A stretch of DNA of 64,000 bases from Clostridia bacterium (GTDB lineage Bacteria > Bacillota > Clostridia > Christensenellales > CAG-138), in assembly GCA_017429985.1 (NCBI GenBank), contig JAFRNW010000022.1, positions 70,291 to 134,290 on the forward strand, read 5' to 3'. Of this stretch, positions 45,953 to 56,115 are shown one piece after another (positions within the stretch are counted from its first letter, which is position 1; each line of letters starts with the position of its first letter). The notes beneath the pieces were generated by a model that ran no database searches, was not told where the DNA came from, and saw nothing but the letters and a program-made list of their open reading frames with translations. The position numbers and the translations under genes were made by a program.

Positions 45953-46504
45953 ATGAGATATTACAGAACGATTACGCTCAGGGACGGGCGCACATGCATT
46001 CTCCGAAACGGCACGGACAGGGACGGTCAGGCGCTTCTGGACATCTACATTCTGACGCATTCACAGACGGACTATCTGCTTTCCTATCCGGATGAAGCCA
46101 CCATGACGGCAGAGCAGGAGGCGCAGTTTCTGAAAGAGCGGACGGAAAGCGCGAACGAGATCGAACTACTTGCTGAAGTGGACGGGATCGTTGTCGGTTC
46201 TGCAGGGATCGGATGCCTGGGCAGGAAGGACAAGGTGAAACACAGGGCCGAATTCGGCATCAGCGTGGACAAGACCTATTGGGGGCTTGGCATCGGGCGT
46301 GCGCTGACGGAGGCTGCCATCGAATGCGCAAGGGCTGCGGGCTATGCCCAGCTGGAGCTGGAAGCGGTCGCGGACAACAAGAGCGCGCTCGCGCTCTATG
46401 AAAGCGTTGGTTTTGAAGAGTACGGAAGGAATCCCAGAGGCTTCCGCTCCAGACTGACAGGATGGCAGGAACTGGTGCTCATGCGGCTGGAACTGGAAGG
46501 ATGA
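45953..46504 (+). CDS. GNAT family N-acetyltransferase
   Basis: 183 aa. Motif A VDKTYWGLGIGRALTEAAIECARAAG. Confidence 0.8.
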   Translation: MRYYRTITLRDGRTCILRNGTDRDGQALLDIYILTHSQTDYLLSYPDEATMTAEQEAQFLKERTESANEIELLAEVDGIVVGSAGIGCLGRKDKVKHRAEFGISVDKTYWGLGIGRALTEAAIECARAAGYAQLELEAVADNKSALALYESVGFEEYGRNPRGFRSRLTGWQELVLMRLELEG

Positions 46505-47103
46505 CGGAAATGAAGGATCTGATACTTTACATCCACGGGAAGGACGGCAGTCCGGCGGAAAGCGGGCATTACAGGCCGCTGTTCCCGGACCGGGAGGTGA
46601 TCGGACTGGATTATCGGACGTTTACCCCGTGGGAGGCAGGTGCGGAGATTCGGGAGGCGGTAACGAGGCTGGAGCACGGATATAACAGCATCACGCTGAT
46701 CGCCAACAGTATCGGAGCATATTTCAGCATGAATGCCGGAATCGGGCCGATGATCCGGAAGGCGTATTTCATTTCTCCCATCGTTGATATGGAACGCCTG
46801 ATCATGGATATGATGTCCCGGGCGGCCATATCGGAAGGGGAACTGGAAAGCAAGGGTGTGATCGTCACTTCGTCCGGTGAAGAGCTGTCATGGGATTATC
46901 TGTGCTATGTCCGGGATCACCCGGTTCAATGGTCCGTACCGACCAGGATCCTGTACGGCGGCCATGACATCCTGACGGACTATCAAACGATTTCCGCTTT
47001 TGCCAGAGCTCACGGCGCGGAGCTGACGGTGCTGGAAGAAAGCGGGCACTGGTTTCACACAGACGGGCAGATGCAGTTTCTGGACCGCTGGATCGTCGGA
47101 TAA
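46501..47103 (+). CDS. Alpha/beta hydrolase (small esterase-like)
   Basis: ATGA overlap with the previous stop. LILYIHGKDGS, nucleophile elbow ANSIGA, C-terminal GHWFH. Confidence 0.6.
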   Translation: MTEMKDLILYIHGKDGSPAESGHYRPLFPDREVIGLDYRTFTPWEAGAEIREAVTRLEHGYNSITLIANSIGAYFSMNAGIGPMIRKAYFISPIVDMERLIMDMMSRAAISEGELESKGVIVTSSGEELSWDYLCYVRDHPVQWSVPTRILYGGHDILTDYQTISAFARAHGAELTVLEESGHWFHTDGQMQFLDRWIVG

Positions 47104-47127
47104 TATTGTATTTTGGAGGGGAAAACT

Positions 47128-47817
47128 ATGAAGATTCTGGTTTTGAACGGGAGTCCCAAGCGGGATCAAAGCGACACGATGCATATCACGCGGGCATTTC
47201 TGGATGGAATGAAGGATGCCGCACCGCAGGATATTCATGTTATGCATGCGATTGATCAGCATATCGAATACTGTACGGGCTGCTTTTCCTGCATGTTCAA
47301 CGGCGGCAACTGCGTTCATGACGACGGCATGCGGATCATATTAGAGGAGATACTGGAAAGCGATCTGCTTGTCCTGAGTTTCCCACTGTATTGCTATGGG
47401 ATGCCGGCACCGCTGAAGGCGATCGTTGACCGCATTCTGCCTCTTTCCAGCATGAAAATGGAAAAGGTGGGCGACCGGTATGAGCATGTCGGGCAGGCGG
47501 ACTTCAGCCATCTGCGCTATCTTATGATCTGCGGCTGCGGATTTCCGAACAGCCGGCATAATTTCGAGCCCGCGGTCATGCAGTTTAAGCTCCTGTTTCC
47601 GCAGGGCCATACCATCCTTACCGTGCCGGAGAGTCCCCTTTTCAACGTTCCAAGCGCTTCGGTGGTGACAGAGCCCCGGCTGGAACTTGTGCGGGAATCC
47701 GGGCGTCAGTACGCCGAGTCCGGTATCGTTGAGACCGGCCTGATGGACCGGATCATGTCACCTATGATTCCGGAGGAGCAATACGCGGCTATCGTAAACG
47801 AAGGCGTGAAAGCATAG
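47128..47817 (+). CDS. Flavodoxin-like NAD(P)H-dependent FMN reductase / iron-sulfur flavoprotein-like
   Basis: MKILVLNGSPKRDQS start, Cys cluster CTGCFSCMFNGGNC. GGAGGGG RBS. Confidence 0.65.
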   Translation: MKILVLNGSPKRDQSDTMHITRAFLDGMKDAAPQDIHVMHAIDQHIEYCTGCFSCMFNGGNCVHDDGMRIILEEILESDLLVLSFPLYCYGMPAPLKAIVDRILPLSSMKMEKVGDRYEHVGQADFSHLRYLMICGCGFPNSRHNFEPAVMQFKLLFPQGHTILTVPESPLFNVPSASVVTEPRLELVRESGRQYAESGIVETGLMDRIMSPMIPEEQYAAIVNEGVKA

Positions 47818-47853
47818 GTCTGACGGGCGATCAGCCTCCGGACCTTACAAAAC

Positions 47854-47870
47854 TGTCACAGGCGTGTCAC
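47854..47870 (+). promoter_or_regulatory. Direct repeat TGTCAC-N5-TGTCAC upstream of bceA-like gene (candidate response-regulator box)
   Basis: Two TGTCAC hexamers with 11-bp periodicity, 33-49 bp upstream of a TACAAT -10-like hexamer (47903-47908). Confidence 0.35.
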
Positions 47871-47939
47871 CCGATTCGATGTTGCGTAGCATATGGCGTC
47901 GGTACAATGAAGCCATCAAGCAACACGGAGGTACCGACA

Positions 47940-48704
47940 ATGGAAATACTTAAGGTTACTGACCTTAAAAAAACATATACGTCCCGGATGGGCGGAGCGC
48001 AGGTCCAAGCGCTGAAAGGCGTGACATTTACGGTAGACAGCGGGGAATATGTCGCTATCATGGGCGAGTCCGGCTCCGGGAAAACGACGCTTCTGAACAT
48101 TCTGGCTGCGCTCGACGAGCCTACTTCGGGCTCGGTTGAACTGGACGGGAAGCGCCTGGATACCGTAAAAGAAAATGAGCTGGCAGCATTCCGCCGGAAC
48201 AATCTGGGCTTTGTGTTTCAGGAATTCAATCTGCTGGACACGTTTACCCTTCGGGATAACATTCTGTTGCCTCTGGTACTCGGGCAAATGAGCGTGCGAG
48301 AGATGGAAGGCCGCCTTCAGGAGGTCACATCTATGCTCGGCATCAAAGATCTTTTGAACAAGTATCCCTATGAGGTATCCGGAGGACAGAAACAACGGGC
48401 TGCCGCCGCCCGCGCGATCATTACAAATCCGCGTCTGATTCTAGCGGACGAGCCTACTGGGGCATTGGATTCCCAGTCTTCTGCCGAATTGCTGCGTGTT
48501 TTTTCCCGGATGAACGAAAACGGGCAGACGATTCTGATGGTTACGCATTCTGTTGACGCAGCTTCTCACGCGAACCGCGTTCTCTTTATCCGAGACGGGG
48601 TAGTGTTCCACCAGCTGTTCCGTGGCCACGCAAGCAACGAAGAGCTGTATAAAAAAATCTCCGACACCCTTACCATGCTCCGTACGGGAGGTGACCGGAG
48701 ATGA
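47940..48704 (+). CDS. ABC transporter ATP-binding protein (BceA/MacB-type)
   Basis: Start at MEILKVTDLKKTY. Walker A GESGSGKTT, signature VSGGQKQR, Walker B ILADEPTGALD. Confidence 0.9.
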   Translation: MEILKVTDLKKTYTSRMGGAQVQALKGVTFTVDSGEYVAIMGESGSGKTTLLNILAALDEPTSGSVELDGKRLDTVKENELAAFRRNNLGFVFQEFNLLDTFTLRDNILLPLVLGQMSVREMEGRLQEVTSMLGIKDLLNKYPYEVSGGQKQRAAAARAIITNPRLILADEPTGALDSQSSAELLRVFSRMNENGQTILMVTHSVDAASHANRVLFIRDGVVFHQLFRGHASNEELYKKISDTLTMLRTGGDRR

Positions 48705-50758
48705 AGCACGGGTTTTACTTTAAAATCGCGTCCCAGAACATCCGGAACAACATGAGGCTGTATTTCCCGCGTATCCTGACGGAGGCCGGCCTTTTGGGCT
48801 GCTTTTACATCATGATTACGCTTTCTTTGGATCAGCGTCTTTCAAAAGCGCTGGGCGGGGCATATCTGTCGGCGTTTATGGGATTCGGCGCAGTGGTGAT
48901 AGGCCTGCTGTCACTGATCTTGATTCTGTATGTCAACAGCTTTCTGATGAAAAGACGCAGGAGTGATTACGGCCTTTACAACGTGCTTGGTCTGGAAAAG
49001 CGGCATATTATCCGCGTGCTGTTTACTGAGTCGCTTATCACCTCGCTCGTTTCCGTCCTTGCAGGTCTCCTGTTCGGGATGTTGTTTTATAAAGCATCCT
49101 CTCTGCTGATCTGCCGGCTGTTCCATGCGGATGCCGTTGCTGGTTTCTATTATCTCAGCGCACCGACCCTTGCGATTGCCGCGGTGATTTTTATTGGCAT
49201 GGATTTTTTTGCCTTTGCGGTCAACAGCGTATCCATTATGCGGCTGAAACCGGTGGAAATGCTGTCAGACAGACATGCCGGGGAAAGAGAGCCGAAAATC
49301 AAATGGTTTGTTCTGATTGCCGGCGTACTGAGCCTTGGCGCTGGCTACGCGATAGCGCTGACGGTTCGGAGCCCTCTCAGCGCTTTGCTGCTGTTCTTTG
49401 CTGCGGTGATTCTGGTCATCATCGGTACATACTGCCTGTTTGTTACCGGAACGACCTTTATTCTGAAGTGCCTCAAAAAGAACAAGCGTTTTTACTATGA
49501 CAGGCGGCATATGCCGGCCGTTTCAGGGCTGCTGTTCCGCATGAAGCAGAATGCCGTCGGACTTGCGTCCATCGCAATTCTGGCGACCGGCGTGCTCGTC
49601 ATGATCTCGACCACAGTCAGCCTTTACAGCGGTGTGCAGGATACGGTCGAGGCAAACTATCCGCAGCAGCTTTATCTTTCTGCTTACCAGAAAGACGGCG
49701 GGGAGATCCGGCAGATTTCCTTTGACGAGCTCAATCGTATCGTAATGGAAGCCTCGGAGGATAACGGCGTTGAGATCAGAAGCATCGAAAACACCCGGAT
49801 GCTCATCGTTCATTATCTGACACGCGGAAACGCTCTGCTCACGAAACAGGAATTTGAAGGCAGCTGGAGCCCCGATGAGCTAACTTCGGCAATCTATATC
49901 ACGGAGGATACATATCAGCAGCTAAGAGGGCAAACCTATTATTCTTTCGACGAACAGAATCTCGATCTGAACGGGGACGAGATCGCCTTCTGCAGGATCA
50001 TGTCTACTGTTCATGATCTTGGGGATGCGCCGAAAACCCTGACCATAGGGGGAAAAGAATACAGAGTCAAGCATCTGCTTTCCTATTTTCCTGTCAGCAG
50101 CAATTATGGAAATGTCGTGGACGTTGTCGGAATTGTGGTAGCGGACGAAACCGTGCTGAACGGCATATACCTTGCACAGAAGGAAGCTTACGGGGAGAAT
50201 GCTTCAGAGTATGCAACGAGGATTGCCGTAACCTTTGCTGATGAAGAAGCCATGAAGGCTGCCGGTACGGATTTAGAACACGATATTGTCAACAGATTAA
50301 AAATCGCTTTTCCGGGAGAACTCAGCTATACCCTCGATACAAAATGGGAATCTCTTCACAACACGCTGGATATGTACAGCACATTCCTTTTCCTTGGAAT
50401 CCTGCTGGGATTTGTCTGCCTGTTCTCGACGATCCTGATTATCTATTATAAGCAGATTTCCGAAGGGTATGAGGACAGGGAACGTTTCCAGATCATGGAG
50501 AAAATCGGTATGGAGGCAAGGGAAGTCAGGCAGACGATCAGCAGCCAGCTTGTGCTGACGTTTTTCCTTCCGCTTATAACGGCCGCTGTTCATACGGTGT
50601 TCGCTTTTCCGATCCTGCTGAAGCTGCTGAAGATCCTGATGCTGTCGAATACGATGCTCTTTATCAGCTGCACCCTGATCACGCTGGCTGTTTTTGCCGC
50701 CGTATACACACTGGTATATTTGCTTACCGCAAGAACCTATTATAAAATCGTGCACTAA
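48701..50758 (+). CDS. ABC transporter permease (BceB-type, FtsX domains, large extracellular loop)
   Basis: 685 aa and ~10 TM segments, with a ~200 aa loop between TM7 and TM8. ATGA overlap with the ATPase gene. Confidence 0.85.
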   Translation: MKHGFYFKIASQNIRNNMRLYFPRILTEAGLLGCFYIMITLSLDQRLSKALGGAYLSAFMGFGAVVIGLLSLILILYVNSFLMKRRRSDYGLYNVLGLEKRHIIRVLFTESLITSLVSVLAGLLFGMLFYKASSLLICRLFHADAVAGFYYLSAPTLAIAAVIFIGMDFFAFAVNSVSIMRLKPVEMLSDRHAGEREPKIKWFVLIAGVLSLGAGYAIALTVRSPLSALLLFFAAVILVIIGTYCLFVTGTTFILKCLKKNKRFYYDRRHMPAVSGLLFRMKQNAVGLASIAILATGVLVMISTTVSLYSGVQDTVEANYPQQLYLSAYQKDGGEIRQISFDELNRIVMEASEDNGVEIRSIENTRMLIVHYLTRGNALLTKQEFEGSWSPDELTSAIYITEDTYQQLRGQTYYSFDEQNLDLNGDEIAFCRIMSTVHDLGDAPKTLTIGGKEYRVKHLLSYFPVSSNYGNVVDVVGIVVADETVLNGIYLAQKEAYGENASEYATRIAVTFADEEAMKAAGTDLEHDIVNRLKIAFPGELSYTLDTKWESLHNTLDMYSTFLFLGILLGFVCLFSTILIIYYKQISEGYEDRERFQIMEKIGMEAREVRQTISSQLVLTFFLPLITAAVHTVFAFPILLKLLKILMLSNTMLFISCTLITLAVFAAVYTLVYLLTARTYYKIVH

Positions 50759-50809
50759 ACCGTAACGCCGCCCGGAAAACGGGCGGCAGGTAATCTCGGG
50801 AGGAATGAA

Positions 50810-51481
50810 ATGTATCGCATTTTTCTGGTGGAAGACGATTTCTCGCTTGCTTCGGAGCTCCAGAAACAGCTTGAGCGAAGCGGCTACCAGACGCGGGTCG
50901 TGTCTGACTTTCGGGCCGTCCATAAAGAGGTTCGGGAATATGATCCGCACCTGATTCTGATGGATATCATGCTGCCGTATCAGAACGGTTATTACTGGAC
51001 CGCTGAAATCCGCAAGTCCTCGTCTGTACCCGTTGTGTTTCTGTCCTCCGCATCGGACGGCATGAACATTGTCATGGCCGTCAACATGGGCGGGGACGAC
51101 TTCATTCCCAAGCCGGTGGAGCCGATGGTCCTCTGTGCAAAGGTTCAGGCGGTGCTGCGACGCAGTTACGAGCTGAACGGCGGCACGGCTACGGTGGACT
51201 TTTGCGGCGCGGTACTCAACCTGAACGACAGCACAGTAACCCTCGGAGAGGAAAAAACGGAGCTGACGAAGAACGAACTGAGGATCCTGAGCACTTTGCT
51301 GGAAAACCGTGGGAAAATCGTTAGCCGCGACGCGTTGATGCTGAGGCTTTGGAACGATGACTGCTATGTGGAAGAGAATACGCTTACGGTTAATGTTACG
51401 CGTCTGAGACACAAACTGGAGAGTTTGGGGCTTCAGGACATCATTATCACCAAACCGGGAAGAGGATATCTGATCTCATGA
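50810..51481 (+). CDS. OmpR-family response regulator (BceR-like)
   Basis: 223 aa. Receiver domain (FLVEDD, LILMDIMLP, KP) plus winged-helix C-terminus (LTKNELRIL..VNVTRLRHKL). Confidence 0.9.
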   Translation: MYRIFLVEDDFSLASELQKQLERSGYQTRVVSDFRAVHKEVREYDPHLILMDIMLPYQNGYYWTAEIRKSSSVPVVFLSSASDGMNIVMAVNMGGDDFIPKPVEPMVLCAKVQAVLRRSYELNGGTATVDFCGAVLNLNDSTVTLGEEKTELTKNELRILSTLLENRGKIVSRDALMLRLWNDDCYVEENTLTVNVTRLRHKLESLGLQDIIITKPGRGYLIS

Positions 51482-52461
51482 GTATCCTGAAAGAAGTATT
51501 AAGAAAAAATCATACAGCGATTCTGCTTTTCTTTGTCATGACCGCGATAAACGGGGCTGTATTTTTCCTGTATGATATTCTGACGGAGCCACTTCTCTAT
51601 GCGACACTGATCGCTTTTCTGCTGCTGGCCGCTTTGCTGGTTGCGGATTATTTCAAAGAAAAAGAGCGTCAGGCGGAACGTGCAAGACGATTGTCATCCA
51701 TTCTGATCGACTGGCGGGCACTTCCCGACGCAGTTACGCTCGCTGAAAACGATTATCAGGAGATGATCGATGCTCTCGGGAAAGAACTTGAGAAACTGAC
51801 CGAGAGGGCAGCGCAGGAGCGGCAGGACATGCTGGACTATTACACCGCCTGGGTGCATCAGATCAAGACGCCGATTGCTGTGATGCGGCTCAAATTATCA
51901 GAGGACACGGCGGAGCACCGTGCGCTTTCCGCGGAGCTTTCACGTATCGAGCGTTATGTGGACATGGTGCTGCAATATATCCGGATCGACAGCGACAGCA
52001 CAGATCTGGTAATTCGTGAGTATAAGCTGGATACTCTGATTCGGGAAGCGCTCCGCAAACAGGCGGAACAGTTCATTGAAAAGCGGCTGATCCTAAAGTA
52101 TACGCCGACGGAAGCGACAGTCATCACGGATCAGAAGTGGCTGATCTTTATTCTGGATCAGCTTTTATCAAATGCTGTCAAATACACGCCTGCCGGAACG
52201 GTCACAGTATCATTCTCTGATGGAATTCTGACCGTTTCCGATACGGGTATTGGCATCGCGCCGGAAGATCTTCCCCGTGTTTTTGACAAAGGATATACAG
52301 GAACGAACGGCCGGCTCGGGCAGAAATCCAGCGGACTGGGCCTGTATCTTGCCAAAAAGGCAGCGGATATGCTTTCTGTTCCCCTCAGTGTTGAAAGCGC
52401 TATCGGAGTCGGAAGCTCATTTCATTTGAATCTCCGACAGGACGGAAACGATCGTCATTGA
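51478..52461 (+). CDS. Intramembrane-sensing histidine kinase (BceS-like)
   Basis: 327 aa. Two N-terminal TM segments with almost no extracellular loop. H-box WVHQIKTPIAV, N-box LLSNAVKYT, G-boxes DTGIGI / GLGLYL. 4-nt overlap with the RR gene. Confidence 0.9.
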   Translation: MSILKEVLRKNHTAILLFFVMTAINGAVFFLYDILTEPLLYATLIAFLLLAALLVADYFKEKERQAERARRLSSILIDWRALPDAVTLAENDYQEMIDALGKELEKLTERAAQERQDMLDYYTAWVHQIKTPIAVMRLKLSEDTAEHRALSAELSRIERYVDMVLQYIRIDSDSTDLVIREYKLDTLIREALRKQAEQFIEKRLILKYTPTEATVITDQKWLIFILDQLLSNAVKYTPAGTVTVSFSDGILTVSDTGIGIAPEDLPRVFDKGYTGTNGRLGQKSSGLGLYLAKKAADMLSVPLSVESAIGVGSSFHLNLRQDGNDRH

Positions 52462-52582
52462 TGAAGCAACAGGGCTGGGCTGATTTTTGCTTTATACGAT
52501 TCTTCCTTGCTGAACAGGATTTATGCGTCTTATGGAAGCATAGTTTCGGATCATTCATCATAGCAGACCGTCCTGCCTGAAG

Positions 52583-52969
52583 TCATTCCTTGTCGCCTTC
52601 TAACCTGACCGGGATTTCTCCGGCGGGATCGCAGTCGACCCATTTTCCCCCTATCAACGTTTCGTATTTTCCCCATTCCGGCTTACCGACATCGCGGCCT
52701 TTTATCCGGAGGGGGATAAAGGCATCATGCTGACAGAAGGGGAGGGGATCTTCCATCTCGATCCAGCCTCTTTCATCGACCAGACCGTTCCAGTCGAGAT
52801 ACAGATCATCCAGTGAACCGTAGCAGCGGTCTGATGAAGACTGAACGGCGTCCGGACTGGAATACGTGAACAGATAGATGCCTTCCCTTGCTTGATACAG
52901 CATGATTTTATAGACGCATTGATTGTCAATTGATACGGGAGGCTCTTTGAGCCGGGCGTATTGCCTCAT
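52583..52969 (-). CDS. Hypothetical protein
   Basis: ORF with its start placed at MRQYARL (residue 23 of the track ORF). No recognisable motifs. Confidence 0.4.
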   Translation of the reverse strand: MRQYARLKEPPVSIDNQCVYKIMLYQAREGIYLFTYSSPDAVQSSSDRCYGSLDDLYLDWNGLVDERGWIEMEDPLPFCQHDAFIPLRIKGRDVGKPEWGKYETLIGGKWVDCDPAGEIPVRLEGDKE

Positions 52970-53059
52970 GGTATTATCCTTTTTTATTATGAAAATGTAG
53001 TTTCCGAATCCGGTTCCTTTCGGCAGGACGGACATGTACCGGTTATGGTGTCCGCCAAA

Positions 53060-53422
53060 CTATACGGGCGTTCCCACCTCGATCAGATTTCCATCCGGAT
53101 CATAAAACCGAATGACTTTCTGCCCCCAGCTGTGTGTCATAAGCCTGTTCACATACTTGACTTCAGGATAGTAGTTTTCCAGCTTTTCAATGAAGCCTTC
53201 TATATCCGGTTCTTCAAAATACAGTTCGCTGGAATTGTTCTCCGGGATAATCTCTTTCCCGAGAAACTTCTTCCAGTACTTTTTTTCCTGCAGAACCAGC
53301 CCTTCTGTGAGGATCATATTTCCATCGTTATCGAGAACAAGCTCAAGCCCGAAAAGATCGTGGTAAAACCTTTGTGCCCTCTCGATATTTCTTACAACAA
53401 TCAGCACATTCTTCAGCTTCAA
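53060..53422 (-). CDS. VOC/glyoxalase family protein
   Basis: 120 aa. VRNIERAQRFYHDLFGLELV and a C-terminal DPDGNLIEVG motif. TTG start according to the track. Confidence 0.75.
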   Translation of the reverse strand: MKLKNVLIVVRNIERAQRFYHDLFGLELVLDNDGNMILTEGLVLQEKKYWKKFLGKEIIPENNSSELYFEEPDIEGFIEKLENYYPEVKYVNRLMTHSWGQKVIRFYDPDGNLIEVGTPV

Positions 53423-53525
53423 CTTTTTTATCCTTTCAAATCAAAAATCAATTGTCGCGATCTTGATCCGGACATCGATACGGCTGACGCATCAGCGTGA
53501 ACGAGACAGATCTGCAGCCCACGGT

Positions 53526-53978
53526 CTATCTGTGGATGTACATTCTCGTCATCTCAGGTTCTCCGTCTCCCTGAACCATACAAAGGAATTCCCAACCGTA
53601 TCTTTCATAAAAGCCGGTATGGTCCGTTACCAGATAGACAGGAGTAATACCCTTGTCTTTCAGATCAAGGACGACCATATTCAGCAGATTTCCCGCGATG
53701 CCTTTGCCGCGGTATGTTTCTTCCGTATACACGGCACACACGTTGGGCGACAAATCCTTTCTGTCGTGGAAATCATTTTCGATAACACCCATTCCCCCAA
53801 CGATCCGGTTGTTTTTCAAACACAGATACCATCCGTATTCCGTCTCATGATTTAAGTATTCTTCCATACACGCCAGATACGCTTTTTTTGGAACGCCCCA
53901 TTTACTATGGAACCATTCTGCAGCGCTGTTTTTCAGTTCCGGTTTTTCCCTGAGTGTAATATATGTGAATTGCTCCAT
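53526..53978 (-). CDS. GNAT family N-acetyltransferase
   Basis: 150 aa. Motif A YRGKGIAGNLLNMVVLDLKDKG. Confidence 0.75.
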   Translation of the reverse strand: MEQFTYITLREKPELKNSAAEWFHSKWGVPKKAYLACMEEYLNHETEYGWYLCLKNNRIVGGMGVIENDFHDRKDLSPNVCAVYTEETYRGKGIAGNLLNMVVLDLKDKGITPVYLVTDHTGFYERYGWEFLCMVQGDGEPEMTRMYIHR

Positions 53979-54122
53979 AACGTTCCTCCGTAGCCCCTGA
54001 TGATCCAGTATTATAATGTTGATTGAAAACCATCTCTATTGGCAAGTATACACGGTAATGAATTTGATCCGTTACCGTCCGCGGAATCGGCCGGCAAACC
54101 GGAATTTGCCGGTTTAAATCTT

Positions 54123-54650
54123 TCATCCATCCGGATGAGCGGAACAGTCCTGCAAATATTCATCGCGGGTTATTTCCAGCTGGATGATACCTTCAGCTAT
54201 ACCCGTTTCCCGAAAACCAACATCCTTGTGGGCGCGGCATGCCGCCGCACGGGTTGTTTCAAACTCGTTGTGCAGAATGGAAACGCCATCCGATCGGAAA
54301 GCGCGATTCATCATTAAACGAAGCCCCTGTTTGCCGTACCCTTTTCCTCTTTCCGGGGCGTAGATCACGATTCCCATGTCACACCGGTTCTGTTCCTCAT
54401 TATAGTGATAATTCACGTCTCCGACAAAAACACCGTCACGCTTCCGCTGAAGGAAAGCATAAAACCGCTCCGGTTCTTTCCCGATCCATAGCTCCTGTAT
54501 TTCCAGCCATCCGGATTCCGGTTCGGGGATGCACCCGTCCGGCGGAAACCACGGCGCATTATAAGCCATCGTATCCGGATCGGTCATCATTTTCACATAA
54601 AACCATCCGTCCTCCTGATGAGGAATATATAACTGTAATTCGTTTAACAT
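54123..54650 (-). CDS. GNAT family N-acetyltransferase (RimJ/RimL-like)
   Basis: Start at MLNELQL. Motif A ERGKGYGKQGLRLMMNRAF. Confidence 0.7.
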   Translation of the reverse strand: MLNELQLYIPHQEDGWFYVKMMTDPDTMAYNAPWFPPDGCIPEPESGWLEIQELWIGKEPERFYAFLQRKRDGVFVGDVNYHYNEEQNRCDMGIVIYAPERGKGYGKQGLRLMMNRAFRSDGVSILHNEFETTRAAACRAHKDVGFRETGIAEGIIQLEITRDEYLQDCSAHPDG

Positions 54651-54751
54651 GGGTTTTCTTGTCTCCCGTCTCAAATCACGGCTTGTCTATTATTATCTCC
54701 TGCTGCAGGGCAGGCATTCTTTCTTCCCGGACCGGCTCCACTGCTTTCTCT

Positions 54752-55429
54752 TTATCTGATTGCTTTCAAAACAGATGTTGGCCCCCACTGGTTCAATACT
54801 TCGACCGAAGAGAATCCTGCGGTGAGCAGCGCTTCTGTTTCATGTACAACAGTCAGAGGCGTGTCATAATGATAGAATTCAGTATCATGGATTCCCTGCT
54901 CTCTTTTCATCCGCAGGAGTTCTTTGCGGCAAAACCGTTCCTCTTCCAGGGACGCTGCGAAGTAATCGGTCAGAATGAAGAAACCACCGGGTTTCAGGGC
55001 CTTGCGCAGTTTTCTGTACAGGGGGATCTTTTCCTCTTTTGTGAAATGATGCAGCGATTCCACGGAGACCGCGGCGTCAAAGGCGTTCTCTTCAAACGCC
55101 ACGTCAAAATAGGAACCAAGGATCAACATCATGGCTTTTTCGGGAAACTTCATTCTCAGCATGTCCAGCATTCCGGACGCAAGGTCGATGCCCGTGATGT
55201 GTGCCGTCGGTACGATTGCAAAATAATAATCAAGCTCCAAGCCTGTACCGCATCCCAAATCCAAGATGCGAGCGCCGGAGGCTTTGGGCAGGCATTCTGC
55301 CGTAAAAGGGTAGAACTCCTGTGCCGCATCGATCGACGTCAATTGATGCGTTTCATATCCGTCTGACCTGGAATCAAAGAATTCTCCCATTTTCTCCAGC
55401 ATATCGTCTTTCTTGTACTTCCTTTCCAT
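54752..55429 (-). CDS. Class I SAM-dependent methyltransferase
   Basis: Motif I ILDLGCGTGLE, post-I ITGIDLASGML. The start is uncertain (the track ORF begins with TTG at 55483). Confidence 0.75.
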   Translation of the reverse strand: MERKYKKDDMLEKMGEFFDSRSDGYETHQLTSIDAAQEFYPFTAECLPKASGARILDLGCGTGLELDYYFAIVPTAHITGIDLASGMLDMLRMKFPEKAMMLILGSYFDVAFEENAFDAAVSVESLHHFTKEEKIPLYRKLRKALKPGGFFILTDYFAASLEEERFCRKELLRMKREQGIHDTEFYHYDTPLTVVHETEALLTAGFSSVEVLNQWGPTSVLKAIR

Positions 55430-55506
55430 GTCCTGTATGATCCGTTTGTTCCAATAAACAGACGTTAATCCGTTCCTTATCAAATGCCGGGTTGCCGTTC
55501 TATCTG

Positions 55507-55962
55507 TTAATGATCCGAACGTATCAGTTCAGCGTTTTTTTTCGTTACATAAAAATGTCCGACAGCAAATAGTACAGCAAAGCCGACAAGCAGCCAATGC
55601 CGTAGAAGGATCCCGCTTAGAAGGAAAATGCAGGAGGGAATGATGGCAAGGGTGATTGCCAGCCCGGTATTTTTCCGCCTCATATAAATGGCGAACGTGA
55701 TCCAATACGCCATCAGGAGCAATCCGTTGCCCACCATATATATCATCATTTCCAATACGCTTGCAAAACCGAACTTCCAAACAAAAAAGGGAAGCCACAT
55801 CAATACGATGCAGGCGTACCTACCAATCTGCTCGAAGAAATTCATAAGCTGATTCTCGCAAAGGTTTTTTTCTCCTTTGTTTGTTATTGCATAGACGATA
55901 TTCGGTATCAACATAAGAATCACAATAACGGCACCGAAAATGTTGATCCATCCGAATTCCAT
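55507..55962 (-). CDS. Small integral membrane protein (5 TM, unknown function)
   Basis: Start at MEFGWINIFGAVIVILMLIP with GAGGTG upstream. Hydrophobic throughout. Confidence 0.5.
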   Translation of the reverse strand: MEFGWINIFGAVIVILMLIPNIVYAITNKGEKNLCENQLMNFFEQIGRYACIVLMWLPFFVWKFGFASVLEMMIYMVGNGLLLMAYWITFAIYMRRKNTGLAITLAIIPSCIFLLSGILLRHWLLVGFAVLFAVGHFYVTKKNAELIRSDH

Positions 55963-56115
55963 TTCTTCACCTCGCCATACTTTGAGTTGCGACACGATAT
56001 CATTTTTGACCGCTTTCATCTTCCGATCCACAAGGTGCCGAAAATCGACTTTCTGTTCGTGGCACAAGCAGCACACGGGTTCGAAGGGCGTGCCTTCTGC
56101 GATCGAATTCCGCGG

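Noticed and set aside
52975-52990. Apparent frame inconsistency at a poly-T run: my by-eye base count did not reconcile with the track coordinates of the two ORFs crossing it.
   Set aside because: Both track translations are mutually consistent across the run, so the discrepancy most likely comes from my manual counting of the homopolymer. I trusted the track and make no frameshift claim.
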